Positions 36,451 through 49,785 of a DNA stretch of 64,000 nucleotides are shown piece after piece. Source of the DNA: Octopus sinensis (taxonomy: Eukaryota); contig NC_043011.1 of NCBI RefSeq assembly GCF_006345805.1, positions 28,098,464 through 28,162,463 of the forward strand. Reading direction: 5' to 3'. Every line of letters begins with the position of its first letter. Position 1 is the first letter of the stretch. Made by a program: the position numbers and the translations under genes. The notes under the pieces are model-generated. The model was not told the DNA's origin. It saw nothing but the letters and a program-made list of their open reading frames with translations, and ran no database searches.

Positions 36451-37535
36451 TTGAACGTCTGTTTGTACGCACATTCGTCCATAAACTTAAACTAGGCTTC
36501 TTTTTTTCCTTTAACTATTCATAATTCTTTATCGAAGTGAAAGTCGTTGACTTCCGTGTGTACGCCCAAACCACTGTGCTAGACACTGAAGTTAAAGGGG
36601 CCTTTGTGTTGTTAATGAGTGTTTCGTGTACTTTTAGTTCTATGTCTATATAAATTACTGAATACGAAATCTCTATACCACATTACTTCACCGCGAAGAT
36701 ACTGGCTCCTTTATTAGCAGTCTTATTTGATTGTTGGTGCTCAAGAAGTTTTTCCAAAATTAAATTCGTCAGACACAGCCAAGCATGATATTCACCATAA
36801 GGTGGATGTTTTAATCACTTCTATCACAAAAATGCATACTTGCATATCTACGCACAGATCAATATGTGGTCGAGCGTATGTGTCTGTCTGTCTAACATAT
36901 CTGTGGGTGTGTGCATGCCTTGCGAGGTTATATATTATTTTTAATCAAATTTTCTGTTCAATATCGATTACATGTAATAGGAGCCTTTGGCAACATTTGT
37001 GACAATTTAATAAACTGTGATTCAATTTTAGGTTATTATTGATTATTGCATGTTTTATATCGACGCAATTCCGACAGAGGATAATATTTCACTTTGTTGT
37101 ATCACTGATAAAATAAACAACGAATATAAAGATCGGCGATTTGTATTGTAAATAAATATGAATTCTATATAAATTTCCAATAACAAACCTATTGAGGTAG
37201 AAATAAAAACGTCGCAGTAGGTTTCATTATAGAACGGTTTGGTACAGTTAGGAATAGCTGTTTCAGTATGTTGTCCGTAGTCTACAGATCTATAAAGAAC
37301 GAAAGAGAAATCTAAAAAAATGAAAGACATTTCACAGCTGTTGACGGTGAATCAATTATTAATATGCATAAAATGATATCACATTCAGGATGCATCGCAC
37401 CCATTAGGTTTTAAGTGAAGCGCTTAATGCGGAAACACACGAACAGGCACGAACGCAGAAAGGCAGGCACACAGATACACACGCACGGTCTCACAAACAC
37501 AGACCAACACACACAGACGCAAACACATACATATA

Positions 37536-38105
37536 TTCTCTAATTTGTTGCACACACGCATTTTTGCTAATACATACGCGGTGAAGCTACACATTAGCGT
37601 CGTATTTTTACGTTCGCTATTTCCAGTAAATATCGGTACTTAGTTGTGCCATTTATTTACTAATTTGTGTATTTTTCCCTCACGGGCTACTTTTTACTGG
37701 AAGGCAATACTTTGTATTGCATTACTGATATTTTGAAACTTCTTCACCGTTTCTCGTACTGTTAGCATTCCGCATTTCAGTCGAGTGTGTTAGTATTAAT
37801 GTGGTAACATCGTAGATTTCGTCTTGGTATATGTTTGGCTGATGAAGGTAAAACAAAATATGGGTGAGAGACATATCTTGTAAAACCTCAAACCTGCAGG
37901 TACCACATTATCCTTTTCCGGGTGTTTCATCTTTCAGATGTTCTCCCTGGAGGTAAGACGGTTTTTTTTTCTCTAATTTGTTGCACACACGCATTTTTGC
38001 TAATACATACGCGGTGAAGCTACACATTAACGTCGTATTTTTACGTTCGCTATTTCCAGTAAATATCGGTACTTAGTTGTGCCATTTATTTACTAATTTG
38101 TGTAT
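37536..38105 (+). mobile_element. Retrozyme-like element: 433-bp unit with 137-bp direct repeat and one hammerhead
   Basis: 37536-37672 equals 37969-38105 with one mismatch; HHR motif at 37835-37907 between them. Confidence 0.75.
37835..37907 (+). ncRNA. Type I hammerhead motif with a G12-to-C core mutation (probably inactive)
   Basis: ttgg CTGATGA(37839-37845) aggt..acaaaatatg...catatcttgt..acct CAAA(37889-37892) cctgcagg TA cca; 10-nt palindrome ACCTGCAGGT. Confidence 0.72.
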
Positions 38106-38263
38106 ATATATATATATATATATAATATATATATACATAAATAAATTAAGAACAATAATAAGCTGGTGAAGAACGAATATATAGAGCGTGTGTTTAATCT
38201 CGAAATATAACAATATATATTTCAACACACGGTTTCACATCAGAAATCTTCCAACACAGATGC

Positions 38264-38314
<51 letters not shown>

Positions 38315-38549
38315 ATAGACATAGACCAAATCATAAATAAATAAATAAAATATATCATTATAAAACATATAACTAGATCAAAAAGAGAATAAAAATTAAT
38401 ATATTCATATTCATTTTATATTTTTTTCTTTATAAAAAGTACAAAATGTGACAAGAACGTAAAACATCCAGACAGTTAGGTGATTATCATATATAATACC
38501 GCATGATATACATACAAATACATATTTACATACACTCACACCCATACAA

Positions 38550-38603
<54 letters not shown>

Positions 38604-38604
38604 C

Positions 38605-38662
<58 letters not shown>

Positions 38663-38767
38663 CAGATAGATAGATAGATACATGTGTAAGCATGCAATCT
38701 ATAGCTCGTGGTGTCTAACTACAGTATCTAATAATCTGACCTCCACTTCATCGAGTTCAATTTTGAA

Positions 38768-38940
38768 AGTGCATGGCTTAGTGGTTAGGGTATTGCATTC
38801 AGTATTGCGAGATCCTCTGTTCGATTCCCAGACCGGGCGTTGCGTTGTGTTTTTGAGCAAAGCGCTTCATTTCACTTACTCTGTGATCATTTCGACATCT
38901 GACATGTGGCAATCAGTTGCACGTGCACAGGTAATGTTGA
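38768..38940 (+). mobile_element. tRNA-derived SINE head (further family)
   Basis: tggcttagtggttagggt (A box)...gttcgattcccagaccgggcg (B box, shared with family C) followed by ttgagcaaagc. Confidence 0.6.
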
Positions 38941-39059
38941 TTTGATGGAGGGAATGTGCATATGTCTACACAAACTTTTGATCATTATAAATAAAACATT
39001 TGTGTTTTTTCAGTAAGAAATTTTTGACCCTCATCAGTCGTCTAACGACGAGAGAGACG

Positions 39060-39062
<3 letters not shown>

Positions 39063-39108
<46 letters not shown>

Positions 39109-39349
39109 TATATATATATATTATATATATATGTATATATATATATATATGTATGTATATATATAATGTATATATATATATGTATATGTGTATATATGTA
39201 TATGTGTATATATGTATATGTGTATATATATATATATGTGCATATTATATGTATGTATATATATATGTATATATATATATATGTATATATATATGTATAT
39301 ATATATATATGTATATATATGTATATATATATGCATATATATATATGTA

Positions 39350-39408
<59 letters not shown>

Positions 39409-39418
39409 GTATATATAT
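39063..39418. repeat. (ATT)n plus (TA/TATG)n microsatellite
   Basis: Directly visible. Confidence 0.95.
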
Positions 39419-40515
39419 GGGATTCAGTTGAATAAGGTACTTAAGTTGGTGCATATATGTCGGAATAATTTACAAACACAACTATAATTTGCAAATATCG
39501 ATCTTAGTATATAAGTATATAAGTACCAGCAGAATGAAGTTCCTGTAGTACCTGCAGAAAATTATTAGATTCAGGTGAGTATTCCATCCCCTCTTGAGGT
39601 TTTCAGACGTGTACACTTTTATTAAATACACAGTCCGTAATAAGCTTCTGAATATGCGAAGGGCACATCGTTAGAGAGGTGAATAATGTATAAATATATA
39701 ACAAGTGAACATATGTCAATCCATTACGGCCCTTTCTAAAGACTCCTTTAATTGTTTAATGAGTACATTATATCAATTCCAAAGAAACTGTATTCTTGTG
39801 ATGGATATTGTACAAGGAAATACATTCCAAATGATTTAACATAGTTTAAACATTTTTTTAAACCCTGGAGCCAATATTTCCAACATGCTGCTGCTATTTC
39901 AGTTGACAGAATGTGTTTACCGAAAGGAATATTATTGAGATTAGTAGTTTATTTTGACGAGAGGAAGGAATAAACGACCTACAATGATCCAATTATTCCC
40001 ACTTCCCGCAACAGTGGAGGTCCTGGCTATGTTTGTCTGTGACATCTATAAAGTAAGTTTTTATTGTCAACTGGTAAATGATTTGTGATCAGCCCAATCT
40101 AGAACATAGGGCTGACCACAAATCATCCCATTACCATTTACCAGTAGACAGTAAAAAATTTCTTTATAGATATCACACATTAAAAATTGAACGAGAGAAG
40201 AAAGGTGAAAAGTTCAGAAGGAAGCATATAGAAAACATGCATGGTTAGAAAATATTTATCTCTCATCAAATGGAGTACTTTTTTGTTGATCTTTTCTGTT
40301 GATCTCTTGGACTTTCCTGTTTCCATTGAAGAGCTATGCTCAAAACGTTAACAACAACTCTTACCATTCACCGAGCGTCGAATTAATATATTTCTCGTGC
40401 ACGTCCTTATGTTCATATTTTTCTTTTTTTCTGTTTTTAATTGTTTGTTTATTTTAATGGACTATACACACACACACGCGCACAAACACTCACACACACA
40501 CATACACACATACAT

Positions 40516-40602
<87 letters not shown>

Positions 40603-40609
40603 TAGACAA

Positions 40610-41620
40610 TAAATAATGTCAAGCATTTCTGAATGGACTTGACATAAACATTCAATTTACGATGGAATATAGCCACCAATAATTCCATTTCTCGACATCC
40701 TCATCAAGAAATCCAACTGCAAAATAGAAACAGACATTTACTATAAAACCACGGACTCGAAGCAATGTTTACCGTTCAACTCATGCCACTTCAGACACGC
40801 TAGAATGAATGTCCTTTTCAACCTGGCAAAAAGAATTTGCACTATAGTATCTGATACAAGCATCAGGGACACACGACCACATGAGCTAATGGATACACTC
40901 ATGAGCAGGAATTACCCAGCATTACTAATTGATATAGGTTTTATATAGTTGCCCTGCAACTCAACATCCACGAACTTAGACATCCCAAACTAAAGAATGA
41001 ATCACAACAAAAATCCCTACTATACGTATCCACACACAACCTCCTCAAGAATGAGGCCTTCGACGCCATCCTCCTGAACATTCCCTTACTAAAAAGGGAC
41101 CATAGAATGAATAAAATCCTCCAAATGTACACCATCATGAAGAGCAAAAGACAACACAAGTCAATAAAAAATGTTCTAACACAAGCCCATGTACACTCGT
41201 CAACAACATGAATCTTGCATTAAAAAATGCGGTAGACCTAACTGTGGTATATGCGTCAACCTAATTGAGGCTTCGGAGTTCTCCTTCAAATAGGGTCAAC
41301 GTTTTACAGCGAAAATCAGCTTCACATGTGCTTAACAAAACCTGATATAAATGTTAACTTACTCAGGGTGTCGAGAACAATACATTGGTCAAACTAAAAA
41401 CAGTCTACGCCAGAGAATAACCGTACATAAATCCCAGATTAAAATACGGGAATACAGAAAAATAGCATTAAGTGAACACATCGATATTTGCTCCACTAAT
41501 GAACAACTCAACTTTAGAACTGTATCCTCAATAAATTCAGGGACAATGCAACCTATTAGCAGCGCTTTAGAAAAGAATCATTTTTTATCACAATATATAA
41601 ATCTCTTTTGAATGCTTCCA
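40610..41620 (+). mobile_element. Second Penelope-like remnant (RT C-terminus + GIY-YIG), different family
   Basis: FLDILIKKSNCKIETDIYYKTTDSKQCLPFNSCHFRHARMNVLFNLAKRICTIVSD, NCGICVNL and CREQYIGQTKNSLRQRITVHKSQIKIREYRKIALSEHIDIC. Confidence 0.9.
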
Positions 41621-41986
41621 CCACAGATAACACTACACAACAATCTTAGAATAATACCCACGCAAATATTAAAAACGATACCATGAATTTATTTAGAATT
41701 TATTTAGAACAGTTCCTACCATTACTGCTACAGCCATTAACAAGTCACATTTAGGTCACTTGACCATTAGAGAAAATTCCATGATAAGCCTCTACTACTG
41801 TGCTATACCATTCCCGGTCTTCTTCCTCTTTTGCTTTTCCTTCTTCTTCTTCTTTTTCTTCTTCTTCTTCTTCTTCTTCTTCTTCCCCTCCCTTTTTTTC
41901 GCCTTTCCCTCCCTCTTTTTCACCTTCTCTTTCCTCACCTCATACATATATGAGTAACGGCGACAAGCAGTGTTTACGTATAATGA

Positions 41987-42301
41987 CAATTTAGATTAGT
42001 TGAAATATGTTTGTCGCATATTTCAACTGTAAAATGCAAACACACTACAGTCAAGATGGACAAGGAATCTCTTTTATGGTAAAAAGGTGTGAAAACACCC
42101 AGTTCGTCCAGCGTCGCCATCTCTCGGGAATCTGGAAACAACGATGTCTGAGATTCCTAAGAGATGGCAACACTGAACAAACTGGATGTTTTCACACATT
42201 TTTTTTTACCATAAGAGAGATTCTTTCTCCATGGTAACTGCAGTGTATTTGCCTTTAGCAGTAGAAATATGTGACAAACATATTTCAACTAACCTAAATT
42301 G
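41987..42301. mobile_element. Fold-back MITE-like element, ~146-bp arms, 17-bp spacer
   Basis: caatttagattagttgaaatatg... (41987-42132) pairs with ...catatttcaactaacctaaattg (42150-42301); TGA on both flanks is a possible 3-bp TSD. Confidence 0.8.
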
Positions 42302-43678
42302 TGATATATATATACAAACCCACACATATTCATATATATATATATACATCCATGCATGCATACATACATACATACATACATACATACATACTACATACAT
42401 ACATACATACATACATACATACATACACGCCTCTTGTATGATGTAACTGATTCAGTTTCGATACACGGTTTCAGATTAACACATCTGCCTAAGAAGTTCA
42501 ACAGAGAAATATATTTAAATACTTTCCAGCTTTGTTTAGCTTCTAAAAGCAGCTGATTTTATCTAAGTCAAAAACCAAAGAATAAAATGCATTCAAACCA
42601 GATATAATTATTTCTTTGCTGGAATGTAATATTCACATTGTTCACAGCGCGCAATTTGAAAACATTTCCTACAAACGAAAATATAATATTTAAATCATAT
42701 TACTACACATTTAAATCATGTTACTATATATTTAAATCTTGTTCGTATATTAGTAAACCGTATTTCAACGTACTTAAATCTTAGTACTACCACAGGGAAA
42801 CCATAACACATGACTGTGCTGTTACTAAACATACAGATGTCACAAACCACATTGAAAGAATTACATTTTAATCTCTGGGTCATTGACGTGCTGTGTCCAC
42901 ACTACGCTTTTGTTAACGTGATAACACTTATTTTGCTCCTCGGAACTATCTGACCAGTGAATTTGTTCTTGTTAGCTTCTTCCAACTTCATCAACAATTA
43001 CTTTAACCATTCCTTCTTCTACCGAACGTTGAGTGTGAGGATATCTTCTCTTCCTTGCACATTAGCTAATATCTGCTGAAGTCGACTTACAACTACAGGA
43101 AAAAACAACAACATTAAGTTGACAACTTCATTGGTTTTAAGAGGGGAGCATGAAAATGCTGGACTTCTACCATACTAAACCAATAAAAATATTTCCATCT
43201 TAGTTCTCGACAAATACATATGTCAGGTGACAAGGATTGAAAACAACGAAACAAATTGAATGTAGAACGTAAACAGACGTAATTAAATGACACATGTAGT
43301 TTCGAACGGTGCTCTATAAAATCTGTTATCTCAAATATTACAGAACCAAGATAAATTCAGAAGGAACAATCTTTTATGACACAGGAAACTGACATAGTTT
43401 GAATATATGCAACTATTAAGTTTCAGTTTGATGCAAAGTTGTCCTCAACACAGAAAAATTCTTTCCACGTATGCACACAATAGATCGTGCCTTTAAAGCC
43501 ATAAATAATTTCGGCCAACTTTTAGCAGTGTATCACCACCATCTGTGCATAACATCATATGCAAATGGTCCTATTCCAACTTCAAAGCAGTCGTGACAGG
43601 TGTATTAGGTGTTAAGAGAATACGAACAGCCTTAAATTCGTGAAAATTCAATTTCTAAATGTGTATCCTTGTTAAAAT

Positions 43679-43796
<118 letters not shown>

Positions 43797-44114
43797 CTAT
43801 CCAATTCAGACAGTGTCTTAAAGAAAACTTTCGGCCTTTGCAATATAGAACTCAATTATAGATTTCTTTTGATGTAGTAGAAATCTGAATTTTATTGTTG
43901 AAGAACATAGTTTTACTACTGTAAGTCATTACACTATATAAGGAGAAGACATGAAAACTTCCAAATTTAATTAGAAAATTATAAGAATGTTGTAAGCTGA
44001 TTGCAAGCCAGGGAGGATTACTTTGTTTCTTAATTGCATTTTTCTGAAGAAGTGGTGCAAATTAGCGCCCAAGGTGCATTACAACTACAAAAGTATATTC
44101 ATTGTCATATATTT

Positions 44115-44320
44115 GATTTCAAATTTGGCACAGAACCAGCAATTTTGGGCGAGGGTGTAAGACGATGACATTGACCCTAGCGCTCAGTTGGTACTTATTT
44201 TATCGAATTCGAAGATGAAACGCAAATTCAACCCCGGTGGCATTTGAAATCAGAACGTACACACGGACGAAATGCCTCTAAGCATTTTGACCGGTGCATT
44301 AACGATTCTACCAACCTGCC
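44115..44320 (-). mobile_element. SINE family A, old copy
   Basis: ggtacttattttatcgaattcgaagatgaaacgcaaattcaaccccggtggcatttgaaatcagaacgtacacacggacgaaatg. Confidence 0.7.
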
Positions 44321-44584
44321 ATGTTCTCACTCTCGTATATATATATCACTTTTCTTAACTTAAGGTTTACAACCTATAATATTAAGTTTTGAAACCAAAA
44401 GAAAACAAACAAATGATGGAACGAAATTGGAGATATAATTGATTACTTATACTCGTATTTTATACGGTTAACACACTGTATCCTTATAGATTTCGCAAAT
44501 TTCAAAAGGCTGTACATCAACGTAATCTAAGTGAACGAAGTATAGTAACTAACCCCTGACGAGTGGATTAGATAGATAGATACG

Positions 44585-44643
<59 letters not shown>

Positions 44644-44651
44644 GTATATAT

Positions 44652-44707
<56 letters not shown>

Positions 44708-44737
44708 TAGATAAAGAGAGAGAGAGAGATAGATAGG

Positions 44738-44789
<52 letters not shown>

Positions 44790-44808
44790 TATATATATAT
44801 AGAGAGAG

Positions 44809-44878
<70 letters not shown>

Positions 44879-45614
44879 AGGAGATAGACAAGCATGTGCA
44901 TTTTTCGATTTGTCAGTATATAAGACTGAGTGTTTGTACGTGTGATTGTATATCTAGGTATATATACGTGTGTGTATGTGTGTGTGTGTGCACGTGCCGT
45001 GTGTGCGTATGGGCATTTACATATATACGTATCTTTATATATTACGATATAAAGCGTTGAGTACCACATCAAATAATCAATTACGTTAGAGCTCAATATA
45101 GCATATTTCTTTCTAACACTACATCTCTAAAGGTATAGTAAACATATATGTACACTATCATTTGTATCAGTTACAGTTTAAGCTATAAAATATACCCATA
45201 GCAATTCGATGGAAAATAACGGCGATCATATTTTCATAGATTCCTTATTTACGCACTTTTTTATCACGCGATTCTAAATGATTTTAACACCCCTGCATCC
45301 AAAGCTCGCACCATCTCATCAATGAAGCAGAAATAAGAACCAATCTGAGAAATCTTTAGAAGACTAACGAAGCTCCTATACTTCTTACAACTTCAGTTAA
45401 CGGACTTTTATGCAGAATACGAGGCGTATACAAAAATAGGTGCAGAGAGATGGATTTTAAAGAATGTCCACATTTCTGGAAAATATCTAGGTTGTCTGTA
45501 TCCTATACTTATGCACACACAATAATACGTATATAAAATAAAAACACTTCCATGTGTGCACACATCTCTCTTACTACCTATCTATCTTTCTATCTATCTT
45601 TCTATCTATCTTTC

Positions 45615-45700
<86 letters not shown>

Positions 45701-45799
45701 CATGGAGAGAGAGAGAGAGAGGCATATATACATACCTCTGTGTACATCAATATATTAATTTATATATATTAGAAGGTTTGGAGATGATGTACAGGTATG

Positions 45800-46640
45800 A
45801 TATATTAGAAGAAATGAGATACTCAGAAATCTGGATGGCTTTATATTTACAGATATTTATTAGTATGTTACATGTTTTTATAAATCAAATATCATATATA
45901 GCGCTTTCGTCCACTCTAGTGGAGTTTTCAAATTGAACTTTTGCAGGAATTTTGACTCTTTTTATAGTATTATTGAGTGTGTAGGGGTGGGGAGAGATAA
46001 AATATAGTACAAGAGGGTGAGGAATGGGGAGAAAGTGAGATAGAGCGTGTGTGTGTGTGTTTTTGTATCTGAAAAGGGGTTAAAGAAAAAGAAGGAAAGG
46101 AAGGAGGAGAGAAAGAAGAAAAAATTGTTAATATCTTTGCAGCTGGTCAGTCTGTCAATAATAAGCGATTCTTGGCTTTTAGCAATGGCAAACCCAGCTG
46201 GTCACTCTAAGGGGGGGAAAATATCACTTTTCAAACGATTGTCTGGATTTCCTTTTTATCATTGTCTTGTGAGAGTGTGTGTGTGTGTCTGTGGTGTGTG
46301 TGTGCATGCGTGTGTATGTGCGCGCGTGTGTGTGTATGTGCGCGCGTGTGTGTGTATGTGCGCGCGTGTGTGTGTATGTGCGCGCGTGTGTGTGTGTGTA
46401 TCTGAAGGACGTGTCAAATGGGAAAAGGGAATGAAAGGAAGTGGGTGGAGAGAAAGAAGAAAAAAATGTGTTTATATTTTTGCAACTGGTCAGTCTTTCA
46501 ATAAGTCTTATTGAAAGACTGACCAGTTGCCAAAATATATACACATTTTTCTTCTTTCTCTCCTCCTCCTTCCTTTCATTTCCCTTTCCCATTTGACACA
46601 CCTTTCAGATACACAGACACCCACACACACACACACACAC

Positions 46641-46674
<34 letters not shown>

Positions 46675-46920
46675 CTCTCACACTTTCTCTCCATTCTTCA
46701 CCCTCTTGTACTATCTTATATCTTTTCCCACCTCTACACACTCAATAATGCTATAAAAAGTGTCAAAATTCCTGCAAAAGTTCAATTTGAAAACTCCACT
46801 AGAGTGGACCAAAGGGCTAATATATGATATATGATTTATAAAAACATGTAACATACTAATAAATATCTGTAAATATAAAACCATCAAGATTTCTGAGTAC
46901 CTCATTTCTTCTAATATATA
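45800..46920. repeat. 1.1-kb fold-back structure with a 1-nt turn at 46506
   Basis: 46507-46920 is the reverse complement of 45800-46165. Its first ~115 bp also pair with a second copy at 46385-46505 (ttcaataag-t-cttattgaa). Confidence 0.88.
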
Positions 46921-49531
46921 TGTATATATATATATATATATATATACACATACATATATCAATGCATAGAAATACACACATGTGCATGCATTTATGCACG
47001 TACGCGGACGCTCACCACACACATATACACATTCTCTTCACTCACACATGCACACAATGCGCATACGCACTAGCATAAATCAACATGCTTACATATACCT
47101 TTAATTAAACATGTGTTTCTATATACCCTTAAGGTATAAAAGCCCACACATGTACTTATAGAGAGGAGAGAAATGAAAAACTGTAAACTACAAAATATGT
47201 GAATGCTATTGCATTTTATTAAGCATACGATAAGAATTAAACAAATATAAGCATAGTTATATAAAATAAAATCCTAATAAACTTATTTAATATAATCCTG
47301 AAAAAATCAGCATGCAAACCAATAAATGATGATCTATCATTACTTCGAAATATAGCTAGAAGGTTGAAGGAAAGGAGCAGAGGACGAGTGAATTACTATA
47401 TATAGCCCCCGGTTAATATTCCTCAATAAGTACATGTGAGTCCGATTTACGTGCGTTAAGATTTAAAGAGTATTCATATATTTTCCATTATTGGAAAGCA
47501 GGGCTACTTCAAATCATGATGTAATACGTATTTCGTTATAAATAAAAGTTATGAGTAGTTGATATTTTCAAATGAGCACTTCGTTCTTTAAGTGTAATAA
47601 ATTCTCCTTGGTCAGCAGAATTCCCATGTGCGTAGTATGTGTGTGTGAGTATTTACTATTAGAACCTAGAACAAAAGGTTTTACAGTATTTTTGCCAGCT
47701 TTTTACTCTAAAATATCCTGAAGACCAAGCTAGAACTTCAGTGTAAAGGGATGGGGTTGATATGTTTACGTATTTTTTTAGTTAATAGAGCTGATATAAT
47801 TTCTCCTGAATTTGAAGCAATGCGTCTATGTAAAACTTAATGTAAATGTATGTATGATAGATTGTCTTCGTTTTGTCCTGAAGCTTAACAATCAATTTTC
47901 TTATGAATAATGTAAATGGTGTCAAAGTAATAGATTACGTCTCCCGTTTCATTGCAAAGTTAATGCGTTATAGAAATATATAATGCAACTAAATAATATT
48001 ATAGAATAATATGTGATAGTTTTTGATACTAGAGCCGGGTTCATGATCAGAGGTTTGCGGGGGCCACTCGCAGAGAAAAAAGGACTTCTGCGTCTTGAAT
48101 AATACACTATTTTACACGATGATCCAGTCTATACTGCTGAAAATGGTTACCCGCAGCACTTGGGGCAACGTACTCGCATTCTATTCAGGATGGGGTCTTG
48201 CAATATCAGGGCTATAATCCAAATGAGACACAACCACACTTAAACTAGTTAAGATCTGTTTTCATTAGACTGTATTTCAGAATTAGACTGAAACCCTTCC
48301 CGTTTAACTTGACATAACAATGATTGAAACTTTCCCTCACAAGAGAGTGCTGATATTTTTACATGATTAGGAAGTGCCGTTGGGGAAAAGACGCTCAAAA
48401 CCACTAGACTAGACTTATATTTTTAATAAAGATTCATTACATGGATAAAATACCACATCTTTTCTAGAGAGACGTAAAGATAATTCAGTTGATATTGGTA
48501 ATTTATTATGTTGATGCCGCAGGAACAACATATGTCTATGAATTTTCAAAATGTGGCATTAACAACTTAGCTGACACTAGTACTTAACTTATTCAACCAA
48601 GAACAATGGAAAGTACAGTTGACCACGCTAAGATTTATATTTGGGACATAAATGAAATTCACAAAATACTATGAGGCCTTTAATCCGTTTATACTAGTTA
48701 TTGTCTCTCATACATTGCAAAAGTAAATACATATTTTATATGTTTATCTCTTCTTAAATTACTTTATCATTTTCATGAGGAAACAATGATTTCTAACTAT
48801 CTTCATGTATTGATTTCTAACGTATTTTCGGGAGATAATATTGATTGTTCCTTTTCAATCTATAAAACGATTGTCCGCTTGCATAGTAAATACCATCTTC
48901 AATTCTGAAATGATTTCAGTCCGTTGGTAATGACTTTTATAAATATTCCTTCTTATCTCGCTCTTAAAATTTCATACGGAAAATATTAATAGCCTGAAGG
49001 ACGATGGGTTGAAGAAAAGAAATAAAAGAAATAAAAAAAAAACTCCATAACGGAGATATGAAAATAAAAACGACTGTATATTCATGATTCTTAAAGTACT
49101 TTCTGTATTGTTTTACTTTTTCTTTTTAATACGGGCTTAAAAAATACAAACATTTGAGAAACAAGAGGTGAAGAAGCAATGTTGACTAACGCCTTCCTAT
49201 ACAATTTATTTCTTTATCAGTAAGGGAATGAAAACACGACGAAAATAGATATATATAAGATGTAATTTAGGCATCTGTGCAGAGCAATTTAACATTCTTG
49301 AGCGAGAGGAGGAACAGTCTAGTCATTGCTTAGCAAAAAGTTGGAAATAATGTTAACGGTGGTGGTAGTGGTGGTGGTGGTGTTGGAGGCGTCAGTGGCG
49401 TCAGCGGCGTCGGCGGCGGTGGTATTATGTAGATATTCTAAGATAGTAAAACCTGGAAGAACATATTCCTACGGAATACTGTGCCATTGTTCTTTTTCTC
49501 ATTCCGTAGTAAATGGTAGTAGTAGTAGTAT

Positions 49532-49579
<48 letters not shown>

Positions 49580-49589
49580 AATAATGGTC

Positions 49590-49785
49590 TCAAGTTTTGG
49601 TACATGATCAGCGAGTTTGTAGGGAGGGGTAAATCGATCTACATTGGCCGCTAGCGCTCAACTAGATCTTATTTCATCGACGCCGAAAGGATGAAATGCG
49701 AAGTCGACCTCAGCGAAATTTGAACTCGGAAGATATGCCGCTAAGTCTTTTGCTCCACTTGCTAACGAATCAGCCATTTCACCTC
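49590..49785 (-). mobile_element. SINE family A, old copy
   Basis: atttcatcgacgccgaaaggatgaaatgcgaagtcgacctcagcgaaatttgaactcgg. Confidence 0.7.

Noticed and set aside
38160-38260. CTGGTGA...GAAA tata and ctgatgtgaaacc motifs
   Set aside because: Core mismatches and no stem I; cannot be distinguished from chance.
48130-48260. Possible minus-strand exon LILQDPILNRMRVRCPKCC
   Set aside because: Weak splice signals; the adjacent frame resembles decayed LINE sequence (SHLDY..RPH.E).
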